A stretch of 32,000 nt of DNA from Acidothermus cellulolyticus 11B (GCF_000015025.1 NC_008578.1:690001-722000); one strand, 5' to 3'; shown: positions 1-9,612, counted from the stretch's first letter. Made by a program: numbers and translations. Notes: generated by a model not told the origin, from the sequence alone.

Positions 1-614
1 GCTGGAATGTCAACAGCGTGACCGAAGACACCGATATCACGTTGCGGCTGGTCTTGGCCGGTTATCGCGTGCGGTACGACATCACCGCGGTGGACACCGA
101 GGAAGGAGCGACCACGTTGGCGCGGTTCGTCCGGCAGCGATACCGCTGGGCCCGCGGCCACCAGCAGGTATGGCGGGACTATCGCCGCGGCGTGTGGCGG
201 TGCCCGCACCTCACCCTCGGGCAGAAGATCGAGACGACCCTGTTTCTCCTCGTCTACCACGTGCCTGTCTTCTGCACCCTGACGCTCGTCCTCACCCTGC
301 TGCGCCTTGCCGGCATCGGGCCGCACGTGAGTGTGGTCGAACTGCTGCCCCTCGCCGCCCTGCTCTTCGCCGGCCCGTTCTGCGAACTCGCGGTCGGCCT
401 GCTGGTCGGCCGGGCTCCGCGCCGGGCCGCCTGGTCGGTGGCCTGGATGACCCCCCTGTTCGTCGTTTTCATGCTCGTCTGCACCCGGGCGTGGATCGAC
501 GGGCTCCTTGGCCGGCCCTACACCTGGGTGAAGACGAAGCGGTCCCAGTGGAGCGCGCTCGCCGGCCGCGAGGAGATCGCGGACCGCGGACCGCTCGCCG
601 AGGAGCGGCTGTGA
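1..614 (+). CDS. Family-2 glycosyltransferase of the processive synthase type, C-terminal part (5' end upstream of window)
   Basis: The frame is open from the window edge (..WNVNSVTEDTDITLRL..). An acidic ED motif is followed by QRYRW (the QxxRW signature of processive GT2 enzymes such as cellulose/chitin/PNAG synthases), then several hydrophobic helices. Stop TGA 612-614 overlaps the next start (GTGA). Confidence 0.85.
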   Translation, partial: WNVNSVTEDTDITLRLVLAGYRVRYDITAVDTEEGATTLARFVRQRYRWARGHQQVWRDYRRGVWRCPHLTLGQKIETTLFLLVYHVPVFCTLTLVLTLLRLAGIGPHVSVVELLPLAALLFAGPFCELAVGLLVGRAPRRAAWSVAWMTPLFVVFMLVCTRAWIDGLLGRPYTWVKTKRSQWSALAGREEIADRGPLAEERL

Positions 615-1144
615 TCCGCCGCCGCGCCGTCATCGCCGGGCTGCTGGCGGCCGCCTTGGTGGTGGCTTTCGGCGGTTTTCTCCTGCTCTCCGACCCGCTC
701 CGGGCGCTCGAGAGCCGGCTGGTGCTCGACGTCCTCCGGCCCGGGCAGCGGGTGACCCTCGTTGGTGACCACTATTTCCAGGTCCTGCCCGCCCACCACA
801 CCCCGTTCCGGGCGCAGCTGACGCCGTTCTGCTCCTCGCTCGTACCGGTGCTCGCCCTCGCGGCGATCGCGGCGTTCGTCGTCCACGGGCACTGGGTGCG
901 GCGCAGCGCCGCGCTGCTCACGGCGGCAACCCTCGTCGTGATCTGCAATGTGCTCCGGATCGCCGCATCGCTCTGGGTCGGCCTGCAGGTCGGTGCACGG
1001 GGATTGGTGTTGTTCCACGACTGGGTGGGCACGCTCTTCGGCCTCGGTTACACGATGATCGGGTTTTTCCTCATGCTCTACCTGCTGCTGCCGAGGGCGA
1101 CGACACGGATTCCACGAGCGGCCCGGGTCAGCGATGTCCTCTGA
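611..1144 (+). CDS. Exosortase/archaeosortase-family membrane protein (short, XrtG-like, no cognate substrate seen)
   Basis: 177-aa polytopic membrane ORF whose GTG 611 overlaps the upstream stop. It has the three family signature motifs in canonical order: PFCSS (Cys codon 830-832, cf. CSG), ICNVLRI (NxxR, Arg codon 956-958) and FHDWVG (His codon 1016-1018). The ORF-track start at 170 was rejected because it overlaps the GT2 gene in another frame. Confidence 0.75.
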   Translation: MIRRRAVIAGLLAAALVVAFGGFLLLSDPLRALESRLVLDVLRPGQRVTLVGDHYFQVLPAHHTPFRAQLTPFCSSLVPVLALAAIAAFVVHGHWVRRSAALLTAATLVVICNVLRIAASLWVGLQVGARGLVLFHDWVGTLFGLGYTMIGFFLMLYLLLPRATTRIPRAARVSDVL

Positions 1145-1203
1145 GGGCGTGGCCGCTGCCCAGCCGCGGCATGCGCCCGGAGGAGAGGTAAGGAGAGTAG
1201 CCG

Positions 1204-2658
1204 ATGGTGGATAACCTGCGGCTGCTTGCCATCCTGCTCGGCGTCGTCCTCATCGCGGCCGGCATCGGCTGGCGGACCGTCCGGTTCGCGCGGATTCGGC
1301 AGGGCATCCGCAGCGGCCTTGCGGACCCCGACCCTGCAGTGCGCATCGCCGCGGTGCGGCAGGCGGCCGAGCTCGGCTTGGCCAGCACGGCTCCGGCGCT
1401 GCTCCGCGCCGTCCGCGTCGAGACCGACCCGGCGGTCCGGGCGGCGGTCGTCGAGTGTGTCGCTGCTCATCAATGGGAACCGGCGTCCACTGCGGCGATC
1501 GTCGAGTTGCGGTTGTGGGCGAAGGCGTACGTCGGCGCACGCCCGGATCTCGCGCGATCACCGGTCCGGTCGGCTCCGCTGCTCGCCGGGGTGGCGGGGA
1601 CCGTGCCGGCGCCGTCCCTGCATCCTGTCCGCGAACACGAATTCCGGCGCCGGACCGCGACCGACCTGCACGTCGACGACGCCGCCGCGCTGGGGCCGCC
1701 GCCGGACGACGATCCGCTGGCCCGACTGCGGATTCTGGTCACCGGTGTCGGCGGTGCAGCCGGCGTCGCCGTCGTCCGGGCATTGCGGGCCGCCGGGCAC
1801 ACGGTGATTGGCGTGGACGCCGATCCGGACGCTGTGGGGATCCGGCTTGCCGATCACGGCCAAGCCGTGCCGCGAGCCGACGATCCGACGTACCTGACCG
1901 CGCTGATCCACGCTGCGACGCTGTTCGACGCCGAGCTGCTCGTGCCGACCGTCACCGAAGAATTGCCCGTTCTCATTGCCGGTGCAGGGTATTTGCGTGA
2001 CGCCGGGTTGCGCTTTCTCTTTCCCGACGCCCGCACGGTACAGACCTGCAGGGACAAGTGGGCGTTCTACCAGGCGATGCGCGACGCTGGGGTTCCGGTG
2101 CCGGCCACCGCTCTCGGCACCGCGGAGGGCGTTCCCGGACCGTGGATCGTCAAGCCCCGTTTCGGTCGCGGTTCGCGTGATGTGCACCGGGTCACGGCTC
2201 CCCAGGAGCTGGCCGCCGCATTGACGTTGGTGGCCGAGCCGATCGTGCAGACCGCGCTGGCCGGCCGGGAATTCACCGCGGACGTTCTCGCGCATCCGGC
2301 GGAAATTGTCGCGGGCGGCGCGTTGCGGTGGCGGCTTGCGACCAAGGGCGGTATTTCGACCGTGGGGGAGACGTTCTCCGACGATTCCGTGATGCAGACC
2401 GTTGCGTTGACCATCAAGGCGCTCGGCCACATCGGGCCGGCGAATATTCAGGGGTTCGTCTCCGACGACGGCGCGGTCACGGTCGTGGAGGCAAATCCCC
2501 GCTTCTCCGGGGCGCTTCCGCTCTCCTTGGCTGCGGGTGCGGACCTAGTCGGCGAATATGTCCGTGCCATCGTCGGGCGGGCCGTGCGAACCGAGCGGCT
2601 AGCCGCCCGCCCCGGCGTCCGCATGTACCGGTATTTCGACGAGGTGTACCAGACGTGA
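1204..2658 (+). CDS. Membrane-anchored HEAT-repeat + ATP-grasp fusion protein
   Basis: ATG 1204 follows aaggagag. The N-terminal TM helix is LRLLAILLGVVLIAAGIGW. PBS-lyase-type HEAT repeats (DPDPAVRIAAVRQAAELG.. / ETDPAVRAAVVECVA) lie at about 1324-1468, followed by an Ala/Pro linker. From about 1726 there is a carbamoyl-phosphate-synthase-like ATP-grasp fold (LRILVTGVGGAAGVAVVRALRAAGHTVIGVD .. WIVKPRFGRGSRDV .. EANPRFSG). Confidence 0.8.
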   Translation: MVDNLRLLAILLGVVLIAAGIGWRTVRFARIRQGIRSGLADPDPAVRIAAVRQAAELGLASTAPALLRAVRVETDPAVRAAVVECVAAHQWEPASTAAIVELRLWAKAYVGARPDLARSPVRSAPLLAGVAGTVPAPSLHPVREHEFRRRTATDLHVDDAAALGPPPDDDPLARLRILVTGVGGAAGVAVVRALRAAGHTVIGVDADPDAVGIRLADHGQAVPRADDPTYLTALIHAATLFDAELLVPTVTEELPVLIAGAGYLRDAGLRFLFPDARTVQTCRDKWAFYQAMRDAGVPVPATALGTAEGVPGPWIVKPRFGRGSRDVHRVTAPQELAAALTLVAEPIVQTALAGREFTADVLAHPAEIVAGGALRWRLATKGGISTVGETFSDDSVMQTVALTIKALGHIGPANIQGFVSDDGAVTVVEANPRFSGALPLSLAAGADLVGEYVRAIVGRAVRTERLAARPGVRMYRYFDEVYQT

Positions 2659-3800
2659 AAATTACGGTCGCTCTCGGCACCCGACCGGAAATTGTCAAAC
2701 TCGCACCGGTGGTCGCGGCGCTCCGCGCAGCCGGCCATGACGTACGAACGATCGCCACCGGGCAGCACGCGGATCCGCGGCTGGCCGGGCAATTCTTCGC
2801 CGATTTGGGATTCTTCCCCGACGCCGCCTGGCAATTGCCGGACGACGAGGGAGCCCGGGTGGGGGCGTTGCTCTCCGCAGGCTTCGCCGAATTCGCCGCC
2901 CGCCGGGCCGACGCCGTCGTCGTCCTCGGCGACACTTACACCGCACCGCTGGTTGCGATGGCCGCCCGCCGGTTTGGCATCGGCGTCATTCACGTCGAAG
3001 CCGGGCTTCGGTCGGCGAACGAAAAGTCCATGGAGGAGATTCATCGGCGGATGATGCCGGCGCTGGCCACCGTGCATTTCGCCCCGACGACGCTGGCGGC
3101 GGAGTGTCTGCGTCAGGAGGGCGTGGCACCCGAGCGGATTCGGGTCGTCGGGAATCCGGTGATCGACGCCGTGGTCGCCAGCGGGGTGTCCCGGGTGCCC
3201 TGGCAGCAGCGCTCCGGGGTCCTCCTGACCGCGCATCGCGCCGGAAACGTCGATGATCCGCGGCGGCTCGCGGAACTTGTCGCACTCGTCCGCGCCCTGG
3301 GCCGGCGGTCACCGCCGGTGGTGTTCCCGGTTCACCCGCGGACCCGCTCCCGGCTCGTCGCCGCGGGCAGGTTCGATGAGCTTGCCCACGCCGATGGGGT
3401 GCGGCTGGTCGAGCCTCTGCCGTACCGGGAGCTGCTCCAGACCCTTGCCGCGAGCCGCATCGTCGTCACGGACAGCGGCGGCCTGCAGGAGGAAGCGGCC
3501 TGGCTCGGCGTCCCGGTCGTCGTGCTGCGGACGACCACCCCGCGCTGGGAGGGCGTGCGCAACGGGTCCGCCGTCCTCACCGGTATGGACGCCGCCCGCG
3601 CCCTGGACGCGGCGGCCCGGTTGACCGATCCTGCTGAAGCCGCCCGGATCGATGCGCTGCCGTGTCCGTACGGCGACGGTCGGACCGGGCCGCGGATCGC
3701 CGCCGCCCTCGCCGACCCCGAATTCGCCGGCTTGATCCGGCCGCGGGAGCCCGCACTCGGCGATGGGGAACCGGCCTTCCGTGCCGGGGAGTTGACGTGA
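2655..3800 (+). CDS. wecB: UDP-N-acetylglucosamine 2-epimerase (non-hydrolysing)
   Basis: The N-terminus VKITVALGTRPEIVKLAPV.. and the segments ..GDTYTAPLVAMAA..HVEAGLRS..DSGGLQEEA are typical of WecB/MnaA. GTG 2655 overlaps the upstream stop (GTGA). Confidence 0.93.
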   Translation: MKITVALGTRPEIVKLAPVVAALRAAGHDVRTIATGQHADPRLAGQFFADLGFFPDAAWQLPDDEGARVGALLSAGFAEFAARRADAVVVLGDTYTAPLVAMAARRFGIGVIHVEAGLRSANEKSMEEIHRRMMPALATVHFAPTTLAAECLRQEGVAPERIRVVGNPVIDAVVASGVSRVPWQQRSGVLLTAHRAGNVDDPRRLAELVALVRALGRRSPPVVFPVHPRTRSRLVAAGRFDELAHADGVRLVEPLPYRELLQTLAASRIVVTDSGGLQEEAAWLGVPVVVLRTTTPRWEGVRNGSAVLTGMDAARALDAAARLTDPAEAARIDALPCPYGDGRTGPRIAAALADPEFAGLIRPREPALGDGEPAFRAGELT

Positions 3801-4519
3801 TGAGCGACATTGCCGCCGTCACCGTTGATCTCGATGACACGCTCTTCGACCAGCGTGCGTGGCTGGACGGCGCCTGGCAGGCGGTGGCGTCCGCGGGGTC
3901 AGCGTTTGGACTCGAGCCGACTACCCTCCTGGCCGCGCTGCGCCGGATCGCTGCAGAAGGCAGCGACCGCGGCAAGATCATAGACCGGGCGCTGCTTGCG
4001 GTCGGCGTTCCGGAGTGGGAGCTGGCCGCTCTGGTGCCCGGTCTGGTCGGCGCGTTCCGGTCCCATGCGCCGACCACCCTGCCCTGCTTTCCCGGTGTCG
4101 CCGAGGCGCTGGCCGATGTCCGGAGGCTGATCCCGGTGGGGTGCGTTACCGACGGTGACCCTCACATCCAGCGGGCGAAGCTCCGCGCCCTCGGCCTGCG
4201 CGATGTGTTCGACGTCGTCGTGTACTCCGATGAACTGGGGCGTGAACATCGCAAGCCGTCGCCGGTGCCGTTCCGGCACGCGCTCGCCGCTCTCGGCGTA
4301 CCGCCGGAGCATGCGGTTCACATCGGGGACCGGCCCGGGAAGGACGTCGCCGGGGCCCGTGCAGCGGGGATGCGGGCGATCCGGGTGTACACCGGTGAGT
4401 ACGCCGGCCAGCCTGATGATCCCGAGCCGTGGCGGGCGTTCCCGGACGCCGGGGCGGCGCTCCGGTGGCTGGTTCGGCAGCTGGCCGGCGTGCCGGCGGG
4501 CAGCCGTCTGGCAGACTGA
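3800..4519 (+). CDS. HAD-superfamily hydrolase (phosphatase-like)
   Basis: HAD motif I is VDLDDTLFD, the conserved Lys is in HRKPSP, and motif IV is [11 protein letters not shown] 3800 overlaps the wecB stop (TGATG). Confidence 0.85.
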   Translation: MSDIAAVTVDLDDTLFDQRAWLDGAWQAVASAGSAFGLEPTTLLAALRRIAAEGSDRGKIIDRALLAVGVPEWELAALVPGLVGAFRSHAPTTLPCFPGVAEALADVRRLIPVGCVTDGDPHIQRAKLRALGLRDVFDVVVYSDELGREHRKPSPVPFRHALAALGVPPEHAVHIGDRPGKDVAGARAAGMRAIRVYTGEYAGQPDDPEPWRAFPDAGAALRWLVRQLAGVPAGSRLAD

Positions 4520-4587
4520 GAGGCCGGAAGTTATCAGGTACCGGTTCACACCGCCACGCGGTGACCCGGCGACCAGAGGAGACTGCG

Positions 4588-4848
4588 TTGAAGCCCGACA
4601 TCCACCCGGAGTACCGGGAGACCACGGTAATCTGCAGCTGCGGGAACACCTTCACCACGCGCAGCACGGCTAAGAGCGGCGTCATCCACGCCGAAGTCTG
4701 TTCGAACTGCCACCCGTTCTACACCGGCAAGCAGAAGATTCTCGATGTCGGCGGCCGGGTGCAGAAGTTTGAGAAGCGGTTCGGCCAGCTCACGGGTGCC
4801 GCGCGGGTCGCGCGCAGCACCGGCAAACCGCGGGCCGGGCGGAAGTAG
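4588..4848 (+). CDS. rpmE: 50S ribosomal protein L31 (Zn-binding type)
   Basis: [31 protein letters not shown] matches L31. TTG 4588 lies 7 nt after agagga. The ORF-track start at 4429 is an Arg/Gly-rich extension and was rejected. Confidence 0.93.
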   Translation: MKPDIHPEYRETTVICSCGNTFTTRSTAKSGVIHAEVCSNCHPFYTGKQKILDVGGRVQKFEKRFGQLTGAARVARSTGKPRAGRK

Positions 4849-4849
4849 C

Positions 4850-4895
4850 GACGACGGCGGTGCCGGCCTGCCGGCCGGCGCCGCCGCGCGTCGTC
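4850..4895 (+). terminator. GC-rich stem-loop directly after rpmE (possible intrinsic terminator or attenuator, no U-tract)
   Basis: Hand-folded: 4855-4868 pairs with 4873-4886 (14 bp including one G-U, loop tgcc). An outer 5-bp extension pairs 4850-4854 with 4891-4895 across a 4-nt bulge. The structure starts 2 nt after the rpmE stop. Confidence 0.4.
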
Positions 4896-4913
4896 TGAGG
4901 GAGACACACCGGA

Positions 4914-6008
4914 GTGTTCGAGGCGGTCGAGGAGGTTCTCCGCGAGTACGCCGATCTGGAGCGGCGGCTCGCGGATCCGGCCGTGCATGCCGACCCGCGG
5001 ACGGCCCGCACCCTGGGTCGCCGCTACGCGCAGCTCGGGCCGATCGTGGAGGCGTACCGGCGGTGGAAGGCATTGGACGCCGACGTCGCGGCAGCGCACG
5101 AGCTGGCCGCGGCCGACCCGGCATTCCGCGCGGAAATTCCCGCCCTGGAAGCCGAACGCGAGGCCGTCGCTGAGCGGCTGCGGTCGCTGCTCGCACCGGC
5201 TGACCCCAACGACGGCAAGGACGTCATCATGCAGATCAAGGCAGGGGAGGGCGGGGAGGAGTCCGCGCTCTTCGCCGGGGATCTGCTGCGCATGTACCTG
5301 CGGTACGCCGAACGGCGCGGCTGGAAGACCGAAATCCTGGACGCGACCGAGTCCGATCTCGGCGGGTACAAGGACGTGACGGTCGCCATCCGCGCCGATG
5401 GGAGCGAAGGCGCGTGGAGCCGGCTGAAGTTCGAGGGCGGCGTGCACCGCGTGCAGCGTGTCCCCGTCACGGAGTCGCAGGGCCGCATTCACACGTCGGC
5501 GGTCGGCGTTCTCGTCATGCCGGAAGCTGAGGAGGTCGACGTGCAGATCGATCCCAACGACCTGCGCATCGACGTCTTCCGGTCCTCCGGTCCCGGCGGG
5601 CAGAGCGTGAATACGACGGATTCTGCCGTCCGCATCACCCACCTGCCGACCGGCATCGTCGTCAGCTGCCAGAACGAAAAAAGCCAATTGCAGAACAAGG
5701 AAACCGCGTTGCGCATTCTGCGCTCGCGGTTGCTCGCGCTGGCCCAAGAAGAGGCGGAGGCTCAGGCGGCTGCGCAGCGCCGCAGCCAGGTCCGTACCGT
5801 CGACCGCTCGGAACGCATCCGCACGTACAACTTCCCGGAGAACCGCATTTCCGACCACCGAGTGAATTACAAGGCCTACAACCTCGACCAGGTGCTGGAC
5901 GGCGACCTCGACGGTGTCATCCAGGCCCTCGTCGATGCCGACGCGGCGGCGCGGCTCGCCGCCGCGGAGCAGGACCCGACCCGACCCGTGCTGAGCAGGC
6001 AGCGATGA
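4914..6008 (+). CDS. prfA: Peptide chain release factor 1
   Basis: Contains the GGQ motif ([11 protein letters not shown]) and the RF1-type PxT tripeptide ([14 protein letters not shown]). GTG 4914 follows gggag. Confidence 0.97.
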   Translation: MFEAVEEVLREYADLERRLADPAVHADPRTARTLGRRYAQLGPIVEAYRRWKALDADVAAAHELAAADPAFRAEIPALEAEREAVAERLRSLLAPADPNDGKDVIMQIKAGEGGEESALFAGDLLRMYLRYAERRGWKTEILDATESDLGGYKDVTVAIRADGSEGAWSRLKFEGGVHRVQRVPVTESQGRIHTSAVGVLVMPEAEEVDVQIDPNDLRIDVFRSSGPGGQSVNTTDSAVRITHLPTGIVVSCQNEKSQLQNKETALRILRSRLLALAQEEAEAQAAAQRRSQVRTVDRSERIRTYNFPENRISDHRVNYKAYNLDQVLDGDLDGVIQALVDADAAARLAAAEQDPTRPVLSRQR

Positions 6009-6889
6009 CATCATCCACCGTGCGACACCGTCCCGCATCCGTTCCGCTGCGCGCCGCGCTGGCCGAAGCGGCGTCCATCCTGGCGGCAGCCGGGGTGGTC
6101 AGCCCGCACGCCGATGCCGAGCAGCTCGCAGCGTTCGTTCTGGGCTGTCCGCGCACTCACCTGCTCGCCGCCGGGGCGCTGCCGGCCGGCCGGCATGAGG
6201 TGTTCCGTCAGCTGGTCGCCCGCCGGGCTCAGCGGGTTCCGCTGCAGCATCTGACCGGCTCGGTCGGGTTCCGCCGCCTGGAACTTGCCGTCGGCCCCGG
6301 CGTCTTCGTCCCCCGGCCGGAGACCGAGGTGCTGGCAGGGTGGTGCATCGAGACGCTTCGCGCGGACGGACCGGCCCAGCCGCTGGTCGTCGACCTCTGT
6401 ACCGGCAGCGGGGCGATCGCTCTGTCGATCGCTCAGGAGGTGCCGGCTGCTCGAGTCTTCGCGGTGGACGACGATCCGGTCGCGACGGCGTGGGCGCAGC
6501 GGAACGTGGCCGGGACCGGGCTTGCCGGCCGGGTCGTCGTGCTGTGTGCGGATGCCGCGGTCGCCCTGCCCGAACTCGACGGCCAGGTCGACCTCGTCGT
6601 GGCCAATCCGCCTTATCTTGCTGAAGGCGATCGGCAGCTTCTTGAACCCGAAGTCCGGGATCACGATCCGCCGCGTGCGCTCTGGTCGGACGCGGACGGC
6701 CTCGCCGGCCCGGCAATGATCGTCGAAGCGGCCCGGCGGTTGCTCCGGCCCGGCGGCCGGGTCGCGGTGGAGCACGGCGACGGACAGCGCGCCGCGGTCG
6801 TCGGGTTGTTCGACCGGGGCTGGTCGGAGGTGGCCGCCCACCAAGACCTCACCGGTCGGGATCGGTTCGTGACCGCGCGGCGGTTGTGA
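6005..6889 (+). CDS. prmC: Release-factor glutamine N5-methyltransferase (HemK)
   Basis: Contains the SAM-binding motif [13 protein letters not shown] and the NPPY motif (VVANPPYL). ATG 6005 overlaps the prfA stop (ATGA). Confidence 0.95.
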   Translation: MTSSTVRHRPASVPLRAALAEAASILAAAGVVSPHADAEQLAAFVLGCPRTHLLAAGALPAGRHEVFRQLVARRAQRVPLQHLTGSVGFRRLELAVGPGVFVPRPETEVLAGWCIETLRADGPAQPLVVDLCTGSGAIALSIAQEVPAARVFAVDDDPVATAWAQRNVAGTGLAGRVVVLCADAAVALPELDGQVDLVVANPPYLAEGDRQLLEPEVRDHDPPRALWSDADGLAGPAMIVEAARRLLRPGGRVAVEHGDGQRAAVVGLFDRGWSEVAAHQDLTGRDRFVTARRL

Positions 6890-7572
6890 CGGTGGACGAA
6901 CGGAGATCGGAGGTGAGCGTGCAGGTCTTCGACTGTTCGGACCCGGGGCAGCGGACGGCCGGGTTGCAGGCGGCGGCGGACGCCGTCCGGCGCGGGCAGC
7001 TTGTCGTGTTGCCGACCGACACGGTCTACGGCATCGGCGCCGACGCGTTCACGCCCGCCGCGGTGGCCGCCCTGCTTGCGGCGAAAGGCCGCGGCCGGGA
7101 CATGCCGGTGCCGGTGCTCGTCGGGTCCCGTCCGGTGTTTGACGCCTTGGTCGCTGCGGCGCCGCCGACGGCGTACGCGTTGATCGACGCGTTCTGGCCC
7201 GGTGGGCTGACCATCGTCGTCCGATACAACCCGTCGCTGGCCTGGGACCTCGGGGAGACGAACGGGACGGTCGCACTACGCATGCCGGCCGAGGATCTTG
7301 CCCTGGAGTTGCTGCAGCGCACAGGTCCCATGGCGGTGAGCAGCGCGAACCGCTCCGGCTTGCCGCCCGCGACGACCTGCGCCAATGCGCGGGCACAGCT
7401 GGGGGAGGCGGTCGCCGTCTACCTCGACGGCGGACCAACCACGTCGACGATCCCGTCGTCCATTGTCGATCTCACTGGTGAGACGCCCACCTTGCTGCGC
7501 TCCGGCGCTATAGAGGCGGAACGGCTCCGGGAGGTCGTGCCGGAGCTGCGGATTCCCAGCGCGGAGTCGTAG
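6886..7572 (+). CDS. L-threonylcarbamoyladenylate synthase (TsaC/Sua5/YwlC family)
   Basis: LVVLPTDTVYGIGADAF .. SSANRSG are YrdC-domain motifs. GTG 6886 overlaps the prmC stop. Alternative in-frame starts GTG 6913 and 6919 sit behind GGAGG (6909-6913) and fit homologue N-termini (..FDC..) better. Confidence 0.92.
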   Translation: MTVDERRSEVSVQVFDCSDPGQRTAGLQAAADAVRRGQLVVLPTDTVYGIGADAFTPAAVAALLAAKGRGRDMPVPVLVGSRPVFDALVAAAPPTAYALIDAFWPGGLTIVVRYNPSLAWDLGETNGTVALRMPAEDLALELLQRTGPMAVSSANRSGLPPATTCANARAQLGEAVAVYLDGGPTTSTIPSSIVDLTGETPTLLRSGAIEAERLREVVPELRIPSAES

Positions 7573-7616
7573 AGTCCGGCTAGCGGACCATCATCCGGCG
7601 TGGGGAGGAGGGCGGT

Positions 7617-8726
7617 GTGCGCGAGTACCTCATCACCCTGCTGGTAGCCGCGAGTGTCACCTACCTCACGACGCCGGTCGCGCGGCGTTTCGCCATGCGC
7701 ATCCGGGCCCTCACTGGGGTGCGCGACCGTGACGTGCACAGCATTCCCACGCCGCGGCTCGGTGGACTGGCAATGCTGCTCGGAGTGGCCGCCGCCATGC
7801 TGGTCGCGTCCCGGCTGCCCACCCTCGAGGCGGTCAACCAGCGGTTTCTGGAGCCCCGGGCCCTGCTGCTCGGCAGTGTGATCGTCTTCGTGATCGGCGC
7901 CCTTGATGACCGTTTCGGTCTGGACGCCGTGACGAAGCTCGCCGGACAGGTGTTTGCCGCGGCGGTCGTCGTCCTGCAGGGTGTGCAGTTGCTCTGGCTG
8001 CCGATCCCGGCGTACGGCACGTTGATCCTGGGCCAGGACTGGTCGGTGATCCTCACGGTCACCTTCATCGTCGTCGTGATCAATGCGGTGAATTTCGTCG
8101 ACGGGCTCGACGGACTGGCGGCCGGCATCGTGGGCATCGCTGCACTCGCCTTCTTCGCGCTGTCGTACCAGATGTCGGTGGAGTTGCGGTTGTCCCGCGC
8201 CTTGCCGCCGCTCCTGCTCGCGATCGTCGTGGCCGGCGTCTGCATCGGCTTCCTCCCGCACAATTTCCATCCGGCCCGGGTCTTCATGGGCGATTCGGGA
8301 TCGATGCTCATCGGCCTTCTTCTTGCTGCGTCGACGGTTTCGTTGACCGGGCAGGTGTCTCCTGCCGACCAGTACCAGCAGTACGGAACGTTCCTGCCGC
8401 TGCTGCTGCCGTTCGCCGTCCTCTTCGTGCCGCTCGCCGATCTCCTTGCCGCCGTGGTACGCCGGACCCGCGCCGGTCGGGTGCCCTGGGCGCCTGACAA
8501 ACAGCACCTGCACCACCGGCTGCTCGAGCTCGGGCATTCGCAGCGGCGGGCTGTATTGATCATGTATGGGTGGTCGGCCATTTGCGCGGCTGGCGTGGTG
8601 GGACTCGCGATCACTCAGGCGCCGCTGGTGGTTGCCGCGTCCGCGGGGGCCGTGGTGCTCCTCGCGCTTGTCGTCATCGCGTTTCCCCGGCTCCGCGTCG
8701 CGTCCCGGACCGAGCGGCCGGGGTGA
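7617..8726 (+). CDS. wecA: Undecaprenyl-phosphate GlcNAc-1-phosphate transferase (MraY/WecA family)
   Basis: Polytopic membrane protein with the family motif NAVNFVDGLDGLAAG. GTG 7617 follows ggggaggaggg. Its position before the atp operon matches rfe/wecA of mycobacteria. Confidence 0.92.
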   Translation: MREYLITLLVAASVTYLTTPVARRFAMRIRALTGVRDRDVHSIPTPRLGGLAMLLGVAAAMLVASRLPTLEAVNQRFLEPRALLLGSVIVFVIGALDDRFGLDAVTKLAGQVFAAAVVVLQGVQLLWLPIPAYGTLILGQDWSVILTVTFIVVVINAVNFVDGLDGLAAGIVGIAALAFFALSYQMSVELRLSRALPPLLLAIVVAGVCIGFLPHNFHPARVFMGDSGSMLIGLLLAASTVSLTGQVSPADQYQQYGTFLPLLLPFAVLFVPLADLLAAVVRRTRAGRVPWAPDKQHLHHRLLELGHSQRRAVLIMYGWSAICAAGVVGLAITQAPLVVAASAGAVVLLALVVIAFPRLRVASRTERPG

Positions 8727-8867
8727 CCGGTCGCACCGGCTGAGTGTGCGCTTCGCCCGCTCGAGGTGGGCCGCGGCACGTGATCTGGGACACAGCCTCC
8801 CCCCGACGGCGGGCGGGGTCTGCTGTGGTAACGTGCGCGTCAATCCCACGAAACCTGGGAGTCTTAC

Positions 8868-9176
8868 GTGTCCGCACCGGAAGAGAGGCGGCTCCGTAGG
8901 ATGAACCAGGACCGTGGCAGGCCGCAACTCGGTCTCTACGCCCTGGTGGGCATCGGCTCGCTCAACGTAGGGACGCTCGTCACCGGGCTAGTGATCGGGT
9001 GGCTCGCCGACGGCTGGCTCGGCAGCTTTCCCGCCTTGACCATCACCGGTCTCGGCGTCGGAATCGTCGCCGGGTTGGTGGCGAGCTGGCTGCGCATCCG
9101 TGCATATTTCGCTCACCCCGAACCAGCCGGACCGCCCCGGACGCAGCCGCCGGGAGAGCCGGACGACGACGAGTGA
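8868..9176 (+). CDS. AtpZ/AtpI-family small membrane protein
   Basis: Two TM helices (GLYALVGIGSLNVGTLVTGLVIGWLADGWLG / FPALTITGLGVGIVAGLVASWL) are typical of the small protein preceding F-ATPase operons. The start could instead be ATG 8901. Confidence 0.7.
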   Translation: MSAPEERRLRRMNQDRGRPQLGLYALVGIGSLNVGTLVTGLVIGWLADGWLGSFPALTITGLGVGIVAGLVASWLRIRAYFAHPEPAGPPRTQPPGEPDDDE

Positions 9177-9216
9177 CGCGCCGCGCGTCGCAGGACACCA
9201 TGACGAAAGGGACGCC

Positions 9217-9612
9217 GTGAGTGGCACCGGGCCGCTGATGGTACCCGTCGGGACACCCCGGCGGGTCTTCGTCATCGTGGCGGTGCTCGGCGGCGTGGTG
9301 CTCGCCGGGGCCAGCGTGCTGGGCCATCCGCTGATCGGCATTCTGTTCCTGGTGGGACTCGCGCTCGGCACGCTGAACAACGTGCTCACGGTGCGGTCGA
9401 TTCTCAAACACATCTCAGCCGGAGATCCGAACCGCAAGCAGTACGCGAAATCCTCCCTGGTGCGGCTGGGTTACATCTCGCTCTTCGCCCTGGTCTTCGT
9501 CGCGGCATTTCGCCGGGACGGCATTGCGGTTCTCGCGGGCCTGGCTATCTTTCACCTGCTCGCGTCGGTTGCCAGTGCGCTGCCGGTCCTGAAGGAGTTC
9601 CGTAAGGTATGA
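9217..9612 (+). CDS. atpI: ATP synthase protein I
   Basis: Hydrophobic ~130-aa product immediately upstream of atpB and coupled to it by an ATGA overlap at 9609-9612. GTG 9217 follows gaaaggga. The ORF-track start at 9100 was rejected. Confidence 0.7.
   Translation: MSGTGPLMVPVGTPRRVFVIVAVLGGVVLAGASVLGHPLIGILFLVGLALGTLNNVLTVRSILKHISAGDPNRKQYAKSSLVRLGYISLFALVFVAAFRRDGIAVLAGLAIFHLLASVASALPVLKEFRKV

Noticed and set aside
170-610. Upstream extension of the exosortase-like ORF
   Set aside because: It overlaps the GT2 coding frame and is Pro/Arg-rich. The coupled start GTG 611 is far more plausible.
4719-6038. 439-aa ORF on the minus strand
   Set aside because: It is antisense to prfA and is a shadow ORF.
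7419-8927. 502-aa ORF on the minus strand
   Set aside because: It is exactly antisense to the well-supported wecA gene. The product is Arg/His/Asp/Glu/Gly-rich low-complexity sequence with no recognisable motifs. This is a typical high-GC shadow ORF.
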